Shown here piece after piece: positions 6,573 through 15,813 of a stretch of DNA of 32,669 nucleotides. The stretch comes from a virus. Its lineage: Duplodnaviria > Caudoviricetes. Positions within the stretch are counted from its first letter, which is position 1; each line of letters starts with the position of its first letter. Location of the stretch: positions 1 through 32,669 of IMG/VR virus record IMGVR_UViG_3300049859_000126; one strand, 5' to 3'. Position numbers and translations under genes: made by a program. Below the pieces are notes generated by a model. The model did not search any database. It was not told the origin of the DNA and saw only the letters and a list, made by a program, of their open reading frames with translations.

Positions 6573-7795
6573 TGTACAAAGACTTTTCACCGTCCCTTCG
6601 TCAACAGATGCACTTTAACTCTGATCTGTCTCCAGCAGAGCGCAAGTTGAAGTACGAGAAGATGTCACGTTCTCCTTTCGCGTTCTACCGAGGGAGCAAC
6701 TTTGCATTCTGGGCAGAGTTCTTTGATCCCACTACACCCCAAGAGACCACCACCTGGATAGGAGGAGATCAGCATCCAGCGAACTTTGGCACCTATACTC
6801 TCCCAGATGGTCGGATCGTGTTTGGTCTGAATGACTGTGATGACGCAGTGAAGGCCGACTTCAGATATGACCTGCTGCGCATGTCCACGGGTATTCACTT
6901 GGTTGCTAAGGCCAATAGACTTTCAATGAGAGATGGGTACCGTGCTTCACTGGAGTTCGTCAGAGCTTATACTAAGCAGATTGAACTCTTGAAGCGTAAG
7001 CCCTTCAAAGCCAGTTCAGTGACTCTGGTGAACAGCGCACCCCAGCCTCTTTCCCTCTGGATGAAGTCTCTCAGAGCGCATTATCCTTGGTCTAAGAATG
7101 GGAGGTTCATCAGTGCTCCTAAGAAGTTCTCACCTGTAAACTACAATGAGTTTGATATTATTGAGTCTGCTGTTGGCCCGAAGATTAACAGTCGCGTGGT
7201 GGACATCGTAAGAAGAGTTGGTATGGGAACTGGTAGTTTAGGCGTTGAGCGGTTCTTCCTTCTTGCTAATGACGGGGTAGTCTGGGACATTAAGGAGACA
7301 AACTCAGCAACGGCTCATGAGTTCCTTGAAGATAGAGACTCACAGTCTAACGCCGAACGTGCTGCAACAGCGATCAAAAACTTGATAGGACATAAGCTCG
7401 CCTTTGCGGTGACTGTAGAAGTCCCCAAAGTGTCGGGGACAAAGACCACCTACAAGACATTACACCTCCTAGTTAAACAGTATGACCAGATGAAGGCATC
7501 TTACCCCCTCACTCCAGAGGAGTTGGAGAAGGGCGGATCACGCCTCTCCCTGGGTAAGACTAAGAACCTTCGGGCTATGTGTCGAGTGTGGGGCGATGAG
7601 CTGGCGAGAGCGCATGTACGGGCCATGCAGAAAGACCCTTCCATCAATCCTAATTTTTTGCAAGATGCTCTCATCCTTTGTGGCGACAAGATCAGGTTTG
7701 CTTCAGTGATTTCAAAACAAGGATACAGTTTCGCCAAGAAGACTTTCTCTGATTACCGCGAGTTTGTATCCGCACACCGGAGGGGGTTGTTGTGA
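6569..7795 (+). CDS. DUF2252 family protein (kinase/phosphotransferase-like)
   Basis: SPFAFYRGS, GDQHPANFG, FGLNDCDDA, GTGSLG..R, DIKE and G..LARAH motifs. Confidence 0.85.
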   Translation: MMYKDFSPSLRQQMHFNSDLSPAERKLKYEKMSRSPFAFYRGSNFAFWAEFFDPTTPQETTTWIGGDQHPANFGTYTLPDGRIVFGLNDCDDAVKADFRYDLLRMSTGIHLVAKANRLSMRDGYRASLEFVRAYTKQIELLKRKPFKASSVTLVNSAPQPLSLWMKSLRAHYPWSKNGRFISAPKKFSPVNYNEFDIIESAVGPKINSRVVDIVRRVGMGTGSLGVERFFLLANDGVVWDIKETNSATAHEFLEDRDSQSNAERAATAIKNLIGHKLAFAVTVEVPKVSGTKTTYKTLHLLVKQYDQMKASYPLTPEELEKGGSRLSLGKTKNLRAMCRVWGDELARAHVRAMQKDPSINPNFLQDALILCGDKIRFASVISKQGYSFAKKTFSDYREFVSAHRRGLL

Positions 7796-8406
7796 ACTAC
7801 CTGATCCTCCTACTTCTCTTAGCCCTTTCAGGCTGCACTAACAAAGCATACTATGAGCAGCAACCCGATTTAGCTCGGCAGACCACCGCGAACACAATAG
7901 CTGCTGGTGAAGCACTGAGCCAGATAGCTGCTCACATGTTCCCTACGGTTCCACCCAACCACAAGTTTATTGTCCCCTCTCCGCCTATGGACGTGGGGAA
8001 GGTTGATGTTGATAAGGAGGGGACTTTTGACATCCAGATTCAACCTCCCACTGTGGTCAACACCGGCGCGGCTGATGCACTGCAAGCAGTGCTGGTGGCG
8101 CAGGAGCGCACCCGGCAGGTGGCAGCCTTCACAGCCTTGGTGGAGAAGGTGCTGCTGCGCACCCAGCATCAGGTAGCTGATCCGTTCAGCGGCGAGAGGG
8201 TGCTGACCAAGGCCATTGAAGCCGCCGTGCCAATCGCAGCCATAGGAGCGATGGCAAGCACGATGAAAGAGGGTTTGCGATCAGCCACCGGGCCGGTGAC
8301 GGCAACTGTCTCAGGTGGCTCCTCTCTGGCTACCGAGACAGGCACAGCTAAAGGTGAAGCACCTACCACGACAACGACTTCAACCTCAACTGGGCTAAAA
8401 GAATGA
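7792..8406 (+). CDS. Lipoprotein of unknown function (204 aa)
   Basis: GTG start, GGAGGGG RBS, MNYLILLLLLALSG-C lipobox, Thr-rich tail. Confidence 0.8.
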   Translation: MNYLILLLLLALSGCTNKAYYEQQPDLARQTTANTIAAGEALSQIAAHMFPTVPPNHKFIVPSPPMDVGKVDVDKEGTFDIQIQPPTVVNTGAADALQAVLVAQERTRQVAAFTALVEKVLLRTQHQVADPFSGERVLTKAIEAAVPIAAIGAMASTMKEGLRSATGPVTATVSGGSSLATETGTAKGEAPTTTTTSTSTGLKE

Positions 8407-8476
8407 TTGATGTAAACGTAGCAACAACTTCAACCTCAACTGGGCTAAAAGAATGATTGATGTAAACGTAGCAACA
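8377..8476. repeat. Exact 50-bp tandem duplication spanning an ATGA gene junction; creates a 17-aa mini-ORF (8403-8456)
   Basis: 8377-8426 is identical to 8427-8476. Confidence 0.95.
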
Positions 8477-8695
8477 TCGTGCAGCGACGAAGACATTAAG
8501 GACATTATGGCATTTCATCCTTGGGACGAAAAGATGATCTCAAAGGGTACAAGAGTGAGAACCGCCATTGGTGAAGCTCTGAAGGTCATTATTGAAGAAG
8601 TCCCTCCGTCGTCGGACAGGGATTCGGCTATTCGGAAACTGCGTGAAGCCCGGATGGACTGTAATTCGGCGATCACCTTCAATGGCGAGCTGTGA
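8453..8695 (+). CDS. Acb2/Tad1-like helical hairpin protein (candidate immune-signal sponge)
   Basis: FH.W....VR......I...P.S.DR..AIRKL.EA.M..N.AI pattern resembling the Tad1 C-terminal SRE...A...EEA.MW.N helix. Confidence 0.6.
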   Translation: MIDVNVATSCSDEDIKDIMAFHPWDEKMISKGTRVRTAIGEALKVIIEEVPPSSDRDSAIRKLREARMDCNSAITFNGEL

Positions 8696-10158
8696 GATTC
8701 GAGCTTCAAACAGCCCCTCAAGGCCCTACACTCGAAGCGTTTAGGGCCTGTGAGGAGCAGCGCAAGTTTATTATGGGGCCTGTTGGGTCTGGTAAGACTA
8801 ACGAGTGCATCCAGAATGTAATGTTTAAAATCATCACTCAAGCCCCTTATAAGGGTGTGCGAAGATCAAGGTGCATGGCTGTGCGCAACACCTATAGTGA
8901 CCTGAAAACAACAACAATAAAAGATTGGTTGGCGATATTTGGAGACTTAGGAGAATTTAAGAAGGGCGGTTCAGAACCCCCTTATCAGACTTTAAGATTT
9001 AAGTTGGAAGATGGGACAAAGGTTGAATCAGAGATAATTTTCATCGCTCTTGATAGACCAGAGTCAATTAAAAAGTTAAAAGGGACAAACATCACATTCT
9101 TCTGGCTAAATGAGGCTTGTGAGCTTGCTAAAGAAGTCATTGATGATGCGGACTTACGGGCTGGCCGGTATCCGCACCCTTGGGAAGGTGGAGCTTCTTG
9201 GAGAGGACTGATTGGTGACACAAATCCCCCAGACACCGAGTCGTGGTACTACGACTATGCTGAAGTCAGTAAACCCAAAGGATGGGCATTCTTCCGTCAA
9301 CCCGGTGGCCTCATGCGCGAAATGCGGCTTCTTGATGACGGGAGGCAGGAGTGGACTGGCAAGTGGATACCAGACCCCGGAGCCGAGAATCTGCAAAACT
9401 TGCCGGAAGGATACTATGACCGAGGGCAAGCCGGAAAGTCTAACTTCTACATCGCTAACAGATTAGCGAATGAGTACGGAAAAGTGTTCTCAGGACGACC
9501 TGTTTATCTGGAACAGTGGAACTCACTGCTTCATGTGGATGATAAAGTAGAATTCATCGAAGACAGACCTCTTGTCATCGGTTTGGACTTTGGTTTGACC
9601 CCCTCAGCTATCATAGGCCAAGAGACTGTTCGGGGCCGGATTATAATTCTGGATGAACTGGTGTCTGAAGGCAAGGGTATTAACCAGTTTGTAACCGAAG
9701 ATTTGATGCCCTTATTGAATCAAGGATACCGAGGTGCTTCTGAAATGGTATTCATTGGCGACCCTGCGGGAGACCAGAGGGAGCAGACCGACGAGAATAC
9801 AGTTTTCAAGGAGTTGGCCTCTTTAGGCATAGAGGCTCTTGCTGCTAACACCAATGACACTATGATCCGTTGGGAAGCTGTGAGATGGTATTTGCAGCAA
9901 CTCCGGGATGGTAAGCCAGCGTTTGCAGTACACCCAAGGTGCCAAGTCCTGATTAAAGGTTTTGAAGGAGGGTACCAGTTTAAGACTATTACTGCATCAG
10001 GCTCTTCATTTCATTATAATGAGCAGGCCGAGAAGAATAAGTATTCGCACCCCCATGACGCAGGACAGTATCTTGCAATGTACTTTAGGGGTCTCTTCCT
10101 AGCTCCCAAGTCAACGTTCACTCGGAAAAAGTCAACTCGGCGATCAGCATGGGCTTAA
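8692..10158 (+). CDS. terL: Terminase large subunit
   Basis: Walker A GPVGSGKT, Walker B FFWLNE, coupling motif DTNP, nuclease motifs GLDFG and HPHDA. Confidence 0.95.
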   Translation: MRFELQTAPQGPTLEAFRACEEQRKFIMGPVGSGKTNECIQNVMFKIITQAPYKGVRRSRCMAVRNTYSDLKTTTIKDWLAIFGDLGEFKKGGSEPPYQTLRFKLEDGTKVESEIIFIALDRPESIKKLKGTNITFFWLNEACELAKEVIDDADLRAGRYPHPWEGGASWRGLIGDTNPPDTESWYYDYAEVSKPKGWAFFRQPGGLMREMRLLDDGRQEWTGKWIPDPGAENLQNLPEGYYDRGQAGKSNFYIANRLANEYGKVFSGRPVYLEQWNSLLHVDDKVEFIEDRPLVIGLDFGLTPSAIIGQETVRGRIIILDELVSEGKGINQFVTEDLMPLLNQGYRGASEMVFIGDPAGDQREQTDENTVFKELASLGIEALAANTNDTMIRWEAVRWYLQQLRDGKPAFAVHPRCQVLIKGFEGGYQFKTITASGSSFHYNEQAEKNKYSHPHDAGQYLAMYFRGLFLAPKSTFTRKKSTRRSAWA

Positions 10159-12170
10159 ATAAAGAAAAAACTGCCGACGAACTTATTGCTTGGGTCGCTG
10201 AAGCTGTCAACATCCATCAGGTCTGGCGCAAGGAAAGTTGGGAGGACTATGAGTTTCGTGATGGAGTTCAATGGAGTGAAGAAGAGAAGGGTATCCTCAT
10301 AAACGAGAAAAATATCCAGCCTTTAACCATTAACCGTATCACGCCTATTATAAAGTTTATTCATGGCTGGTTCATCCTGAACCAAAGAGATTACAGCGTA
10401 AAAGGTAGAACAAAAGAAGATGTAGAACTTGGTCAGGTGATGTCCGAAGCCCTGATGTTTATCAGGGATCAGAACAAAGGAGTACAGAAGATTTCCAATG
10501 CTTTCTTGGAACAGATAATCACTGGTATAGGGTGTACCAAGGTCTTTTATAACAGTGATCCAAGAAAAGAGAAGGTTAGTTTTACAAGAATCCCTTGGCA
10601 TGACATCTGGTGGGATCCATTTTCAACCCCTTGGTTTGATTCTGAGACAGCCCGATATGCTTTTACAGCTCCTTGGAAAGACCTCGACGTGTTTTGCAGC
10701 TTCTTCCCTGATAAAGCTCAAGAGATCAGGGAGCAGTTTGATGCAGCCGCATCTGATTCTCTGGGTAGTATTAGCAGGGATGAAAGTGCATCAGTCGAAG
10801 ACTTCAAGAGACAACTCTCTTCTATGGGTTATTGGACTGATACTGAAAGAAAGCGTATTAGACCGGTTGAGATGTGGTACCCTGTTTTCGACGAACGGCT
10901 GTTCTTGAAGATGCGTAATGGTCGGATACTCGATCTTGAGGACATGTCAGGTCAAGATCGTTATGAAGCATTACGGTATTCTAAGGAGTTGATAACTGCC
11001 ACAGTCCGTAAGATGCGAGTGGCTGTTTTGTTCAATACTATGAAGGTTTATGACATTCCTTCGCCGTTGCCCTTTGATGATTTTCCGTTTTCAACCTTTG
11101 TTGCTTACACGGATCGCTTTGGTTTACCCTTTGGTGTCCCCAGAGAACTCACTGACCTGAGTAAAGAGCTAAACAAGAGACGTTCTGTAGCTCTTGCCCG
11201 CGCTGATGACTTCAGGATGTTCTCGGAAAAGGGTGCTGTTGAAGACCTGGATACTGCGTATTCTGAGGCCAATAGGTCAAGGGGGCATATTGTCCTTAAA
11301 GCAGGTGGGATGGGGAAGGTTGTTATCGAAGACTTGAAAGACCTTGCTAGCACTCAGATGGCCTTGGCCCAGCAGACTAGACAAGAGATCAATGAAGTCT
11401 CAGGAACTCTTGATGAGAGCATGGCGATCCCTGATCAAGTGCAAAGTGAAGGTGCGTTACAAGAGAAAAAAGGGTTACAGAATATAAAGTTAGCGAGTCT
11501 GTTCCAGAATGCCGATTTAGCTATAAAGGACTTAGGTACAAAGCTATGCGCTATGATTCAGGATTCCTGGACAGAGGAGAAGACTTTCAGAGTCACTGAC
11601 CGGATGACTGGGGTTGATGCTTTCATTAAGATCAATCAGAGTGTAGTTGGCCCGAATGGAGAGACCATCCAGGTTAAGAACAATATCGCTGAATCCACTT
11701 TTGACATTGTTGTTACTACCTCTCAGGTTACAGACACTCAGAGGGATAAAACTCTTGACTTAATCTTTAGTGCTCTGAACAAAGCACCACCTGAAGCGAT
11801 AGCTCCCCTCCTCAACCTGGGTCTTGCTATGTCAGACATCCCAGATAAGGGTGAATGGCTTGAGCAGATCATGAATGCTACGGGGATGGAAAAACACCCT
11901 GATGGCATGAGCAAGGAAGACAAAGACGCAGCGAAACTGGAGAAGGCGAAGGCTGCTCAACAGCAACAAGAGTTCGACCGGAATCTTGCGATTCAGACTC
12001 AAACAGTTGCGAACCAAGAGAAAGCGGCGAACACTGAGAAGTTGAGAGCTGAAGCCCTCGCCACTCTTAAAGAGGCAGACCGGAAGAAGGACGAACTTGT
12101 TCTGGAACAATTCAAAGTAGGACAGGAGGCCGCTAAAAACCTTGGACAAGAGAGAGGAAGCAAAGTTTAA
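10149..12170 (+). CDS. Portal protein, P22-like
   Basis: Follows TerL; EDYEF.DG.QW...PLTINRI N-terminus; 673 aa with a helical Gln/Ala-rich C-terminus. Confidence 0.9.
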   Translation: MGLNKEKTADELIAWVAEAVNIHQVWRKESWEDYEFRDGVQWSEEEKGILINEKNIQPLTINRITPIIKFIHGWFILNQRDYSVKGRTKEDVELGQVMSEALMFIRDQNKGVQKISNAFLEQIITGIGCTKVFYNSDPRKEKVSFTRIPWHDIWWDPFSTPWFDSETARYAFTAPWKDLDVFCSFFPDKAQEIREQFDAAASDSLGSISRDESASVEDFKRQLSSMGYWTDTERKRIRPVEMWYPVFDERLFLKMRNGRILDLEDMSGQDRYEALRYSKELITATVRKMRVAVLFNTMKVYDIPSPLPFDDFPFSTFVAYTDRFGLPFGVPRELTDLSKELNKRRSVALARADDFRMFSEKGAVEDLDTAYSEANRSRGHIVLKAGGMGKVVIEDLKDLASTQMALAQQTRQEINEVSGTLDESMAIPDQVQSEGALQEKKGLQNIKLASLFQNADLAIKDLGTKLCAMIQDSWTEEKTFRVTDRMTGVDAFIKINQSVVGPNGETIQVKNNIAESTFDIVVTTSQVTDTQRDKTLDLIFSALNKAPPEAIAPLLNLGLAMSDIPDKGEWLEQIMNATGMEKHPDGMSKEDKDAAKLEKAKAAQQQQEFDRNLAIQTQTVANQEKAANTEKLRAEALATLKEADRKKDELVLEQFKVGQEAAKNLGQERGSKV

Positions 12171-12372
12171 AAGGGATCGTGAGAGATTCTTTAAGGGCCA
12201 TCAGCCTGTCCCAAATGGGAAGAACCCAGTGTTCTGGAACATGAAGCAGACTGAAGAGATGAGAAGCAGTTACAGTAGTAACTTTGAAAGGATTTTCAAT
12301 TCGTCAGGGCGACGTAAAACCAATAACTCGTCAGTTGACACGTCAGTCAACACCGGAGCAAGTCATGAGTGA
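12142..12372 (+). CDS. Small hypothetical protein (76 aa)
   Basis: TTG start with an AGGAGG RBS; fills the gap between portal and scaffold. Confidence 0.6.
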   Translation: MDKREEAKFKRDRERFFKGHQPVPNGKNPVFWNMKQTEEMRSSYSSNFERIFNSSGRRKTNNSSVDTSVNTGASHE

Positions 12373-12401
12373 AACTACGTCAGTTGACACGTCAGTCAAC
12401 A
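12329..12401. repeat. Two identical 24-bp units CGTCAGTTGACACGTCAGTCAACA (12329-12352, 12378-12401), each containing the palindrome GTTGAC-N6-GTCAAC, flanking the scaffold RBS and start
   Basis: Seen in sequence. Confidence 0.9.
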
Positions 12402-13453
12402 GTGCATTAGATGACCATTTTGCCAGCATGGGTCTTGTTGCTGTTTCCGAAGCGGACTTAGGAAAAGAAGCTGAACCCGAAGAGCCTTCTGAGATTGAAG
12501 ACACGGATGACTCAGAGCCGTCAGAGGACGAGGACAAAGCTGAAGAGACTGAGGTACCTGAAGAGGAGACAACCGAAGAACCAGAAGAGGAAAAAGCTGC
12601 TGAAGAAGAGCCAGAGGGAGACTCAACAAAGCCCCCTAAAGGTTATGTCCCGTTACAAGCTCTGCACGAGGCTCGCACGAGGGTGACAGGTCTTCAGGCC
12701 GAAGTAACCCAACTGAAAGCCAAGCTCTACGAGGCCACCAAGCCGAAAAAAGTCGAACCCCCCCTGGTTACTGAGACAGAGGTGTCTAAGTTCAAAGACT
12801 TTAAAGTCCTAAGTAAAGCTGAAGCTGCGGCTTTAATGGAGGACAACGCGACGGCAGGGTTGGAGTACGTGGAGAAGTTGTCTGACTACATGGACTACTC
12901 TTCAAGACTGGCAAAGCAGCAAGCACTTGATGCCTCCGCAAAAGCTAAGGAAGCACAGGAAGAAGCAGAAGCAACAAAGGTAAGGGAAAGTGTCTATACT
13001 GAGTTTGAACGGTTGATACCTAACATAATGGCGGAAGATCGTACAGTCTCTAATGACTGGGCGGATTTTGCTGAATCTAAGGGTTTCAATGAAGACCTCT
13101 TTCCTTTGCTGAGTCCAGACACCATTATCTCTCCGGTAGGAAAAGAGCCTTTCAGAGTCGGCAAAAACGCCGTGGGCCTGCTGAAGATGATCATGGAGTT
13201 GCGGAAAGCTCCGAGTAAGGATGACCTGAAGAAGCAGATCAGGACTGAACTAACCACGGAGTTAAAGGCTGAGTTGGGCAACAAGGCTATCGCTGACATC
13301 AAGTCAAAGAAAGCCACGAAGCCCCAGATGCAAGACATCCCCGATGCCGCAAAGAGCACACCTAAGTTGGTTGTGCTCAGTGACAAGGCATACGAGAAAC
13401 TAAGTGAACAAGACAAACAGAGGTATCTCATGGGTACCTTGTATGGAGGATAA
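12365..13453 (+). CDS. Capsid scaffolding protein
   Basis: Acidic N-terminus, VPLQALHEAR motif, coiled coil, directly before the capsid gene; ATG 12365 with GGAG. Confidence 0.85.
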   Translation: MSETTSVDTSVNSALDDHFASMGLVAVSEADLGKEAEPEEPSEIEDTDDSEPSEDEDKAEETEVPEEETTEEPEEEKAAEEEPEGDSTKPPKGYVPLQALHEARTRVTGLQAEVTQLKAKLYEATKPKKVEPPLVTETEVSKFKDFKVLSKAEAAALMEDNATAGLEYVEKLSDYMDYSSRLAKQQALDASAKAKEAQEEAEATKVRESVYTEFERLIPNIMAEDRTVSNDWADFAESKGFNEDLFPLLSPDTIISPVGKEPFRVGKNAVGLLKMIMELRKAPSKDDLKKQIRTELTTELKAELGNKAIADIKSKKATKPQMQDIPDAAKSTPKLVVLSDKAYEKLSEQDKQRYLMGTLYGG

Positions 13454-13457
13454 GTAA

Positions 13458-14552
13458 ATGGCAACATCAACTAATTTCGCACTCAATGATCCGTTGGCGG
13501 TGCGTCTCTGGAGTCAATCTCTGTCCTTGGAAGCTGTCAAGGATATGTACTTCGCCAAGTTCATCGGAGAGAGCCTTGACTCTATGCTGGTGCTCAAGAC
13601 TGACGCAGCAAAGGGTGCAGCCGAGAGCATCACTGTCGGGTTACGCATGAAGCTGACCAAACCGGGTGTTGAAGGTGATGCTGACATTGACACAGGTACT
13701 AATGGTCGTGAGGGAATGACTTTCTTTGACGACAAGATTGGTATAGACACCCTTTCTATGGGTACCTCATCTGCTGGCAAGATGTCTGAACAGCGTGTGC
13801 CATATAACATCCGTAAGCAAGGCATGGATGCCCTTCGGATATGGTGGTCAGAGATGTTCGATGAGCTGATCATGTACTCCCTGGCAGGTGCTCGTGGTGT
13901 TACGACTTCAGGGATGCTTCAGCCAGTGACTTTTACTGGTCGTGCTGAAAACCCCCTCACTCCACCTGATGCGGCCCATCTTGCATACGGTGGCAATGCC
14001 ACTGGCAAAATTGATATTGATACCAGTGACAAGCCTTCTCTCATGAGTATCGAGAAGTTGCGCACTAAAGCTGGTTTGGTGGCTCCAACACTCACGCCCT
14101 TTAAGGTTGGTGGCTCCAGTAAGTATGTGTACCTGGTTCACCCAATTCAGGCGTACTTAATGCGGACGAGCACGACTGAGAATGACTGGCTGAAGGTGCA
14201 TTTAGCTACTGATTCAGGTCTGGGCAAACAAGCTATGATGTACTCCGGGGCGATGGGGGAGTACGCGGACGCGATCATCCATGAGAGCCGCAATGTGGTG
14301 CAGTTCAATGACTATGGTGCAGCCGCAAACCTTCCAGCAGCCCGTGCTCTCTGGTTGGGTGCTCAGTCTGGTTTGGTAGCATATGGTCGAGATGGTGGCC
14401 CCTCTAACATTAAGTGGCATGAGGAGCTGAAGAACGGTGGCAAGCAGCTGTATATCAGCACTTACGCCATCTTTGGTACCAAACAGTCTCGGTTTAACAG
14501 TAAGACCTTTGGTCTTATCGCCGAAGACTCTTACTGCCCGTTGACGGTATAA
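13458..14552 (+). CDS. Major capsid protein, N4-gp56/DUF4043 family
   Basis: NDPLAVRLWS, GKMSEQR, YVYLVHP.Q, G.MGEY....IHE, ARALWLGAQ motifs. Confidence 0.92.
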   Translation: MATSTNFALNDPLAVRLWSQSLSLEAVKDMYFAKFIGESLDSMLVLKTDAAKGAAESITVGLRMKLTKPGVEGDADIDTGTNGREGMTFFDDKIGIDTLSMGTSSAGKMSEQRVPYNIRKQGMDALRIWWSEMFDELIMYSLAGARGVTTSGMLQPVTFTGRAENPLTPPDAAHLAYGGNATGKIDIDTSDKPSLMSIEKLRTKAGLVAPTLTPFKVGGSSKYVYLVHPIQAYLMRTSTTENDWLKVHLATDSGLGKQAMMYSGAMGEYADAIIHESRNVVQFNDYGAAANLPAARALWLGAQSGLVAYGRDGGPSNIKWHEELKNGGKQLYISTYAIFGTKQSRFNSKTFGLIAEDSYCPLTV

Positions 14553-14561
14553 ACCTTTGAG

Positions 14562-14586
14562 GGTGTGCGCTGTAATGGCGCACACC
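14562..14586 (+). terminator. Post-capsid hairpin GGTGTGCGC-N7-GCGCACACC (stabiliser or attenuator)
   Basis: 9-bp stem with no U-tract, immediately followed by an AGGAG RBS. Confidence 0.5.
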
Positions 14587-14599
14587 AGGAGATCATGAC

Positions 14600-14869
14600 A
14601 TGAAGCTGAAGTATATCGGAAATAGACCTGAGTCCATGAGTTGCGTCTCTAATCCTTGTCTTGAGAAAGGCCCCTACAACTTCGCGAAGCGGGTCTGCGA
14701 GGTGGATGCCAAGGATGCTGCTTTCCTTCTGGAGCAAAATCCACGGTCTTTTGAGGTCGTTAACGAGGCTGTACCCCCAGAGAAGACAGTACCACCAGAG
14801 AAGACGGTACCACCAGAAAAGACTGTACCCCCAGGGAATACCACATCATCAGGGGTGAACAATCCATGA
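14600..14869 (+). CDS. Small hypothetical protein with VPPEKT repeats
   Basis: AGGAG RBS; 18-bp repeats at 14771-14834 that vary at wobble positions. Confidence 0.8.
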   Translation: MKLKYIGNRPESMSCVSNPCLEKGPYNFAKRVCEVDAKDAAFLLEQNPRSFEVVNEAVPPEKTVPPEKTVPPEKTVPPGNTTSSGVNNP

Positions 14870-15153
14870 GTGACATGAATTATGATTGTGCTGTCGAAGA
14901 GATGAAGAAGGGCGGAATTTGTGCCAGAAGAGGGTGGAACGGGAAAGATATGTGGGTAGGGCATACCCCCGGAGTGAAATCTCTCCCTGCTTCGTCTTTT
15001 TGGCACCCCTCTGCAAGAGCCTTCGCGGAAACAAACAGAGGATGTGCGGATGTCCTCCCATACTTCATAAAGAAGACTGCGGATGGGAAAATTTTGTTGG
15101 GGTGGATTGCATCTCAGACAGATAGGGTTGCTGAGGATTGGTATATCGTTTAA
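14866..15153 (+). CDS. tad2: DUF2829 / Tad2-family protein (candidate immune-signal sponge)
   Basis: MK.G...AR.GWNGK.MW, IKKTADGK and W.ASQTD..AEDW signature motifs. Confidence 0.85.
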   Translation: MSDMNYDCAVEEMKKGGICARRGWNGKDMWVGHTPGVKSLPASSFWHPSARAFAETNRGCADVLPYFIKKTADGKILLGWIASQTDRVAEDWYIV

Positions 15154-15165
15154 CAGGAGGAAGAG

Positions 15166-15813
15166 ATGGTTACATTTGAGGACATCAAGAATGGTATTAT
15201 CAAGTCACTACAGGACAGCAGTGTTGCTGTTTCCACTATTGAGAGCTTGATAAACTCAGGAGTGCAGTTCGTTTCTGAACGTGTAAGGCTCCCGGCTCTT
15301 GATGTATCTGAGAGTGTCAGCATTACTTCCAACGCTAATTTTGTAACCATCCCTTCTGCATGGAATTATCAGAGGGGCCTCTATGATGCCATTTCAGGAG
15401 ATAAACAAGTCTTAACTGTTTATCCCTCAATAATGTCCTTACGGCGCACCATCGGAGACACCTCTGAGATTCAAGTAGGCCAGACACAAGCTATCGCAGT
15501 AGTCGGTGGCAAGTTGCATTACCATAAGTCTTCCACCACAACCCTGAATTGCAGATTCTTCTGTAACCCACCCCCCCTGGTTAATGATACAGATGAGTTG
15601 ACGTGTATCCCTGGAGGACATGCAAAGATACTCATTGAAAGCTATGTTCTGGCGTACTTATTTGCGCTCAGTGAGGATGGTGTCGAAGGGCCGAAGACAA
15701 ATACCAGATTTCATCAGTTGATGTTTGAAAGGTATATTGAACAACTGGACATTTCAATCGAGAGTGGTCAACCCGCACCAGAACAAGTGCGTTACCCTTT
15801 TTGGAAGATATAA
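15166..15813 (+). CDS. Putative head-tail adaptor protein
   Basis: Position and size; P..LVNDTD...IP...H..ILI..Y pattern typical of adaptors. Confidence 0.65.
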   Translation: MVTFEDIKNGIIKSLQDSSVAVSTIESLINSGVQFVSERVRLPALDVSESVSITSNANFVTIPSAWNYQRGLYDAISGDKQVLTVYPSIMSLRRTIGDTSEIQVGQTQAIAVVGGKLHYHKSSTTTLNCRFFCNPPPLVNDTDELTCIPGGHAKILIESYVLAYLFALSEDGVEGPKTNTRFHQLMFERYIEQLDISIESGQPAPEQVRYPFWKI

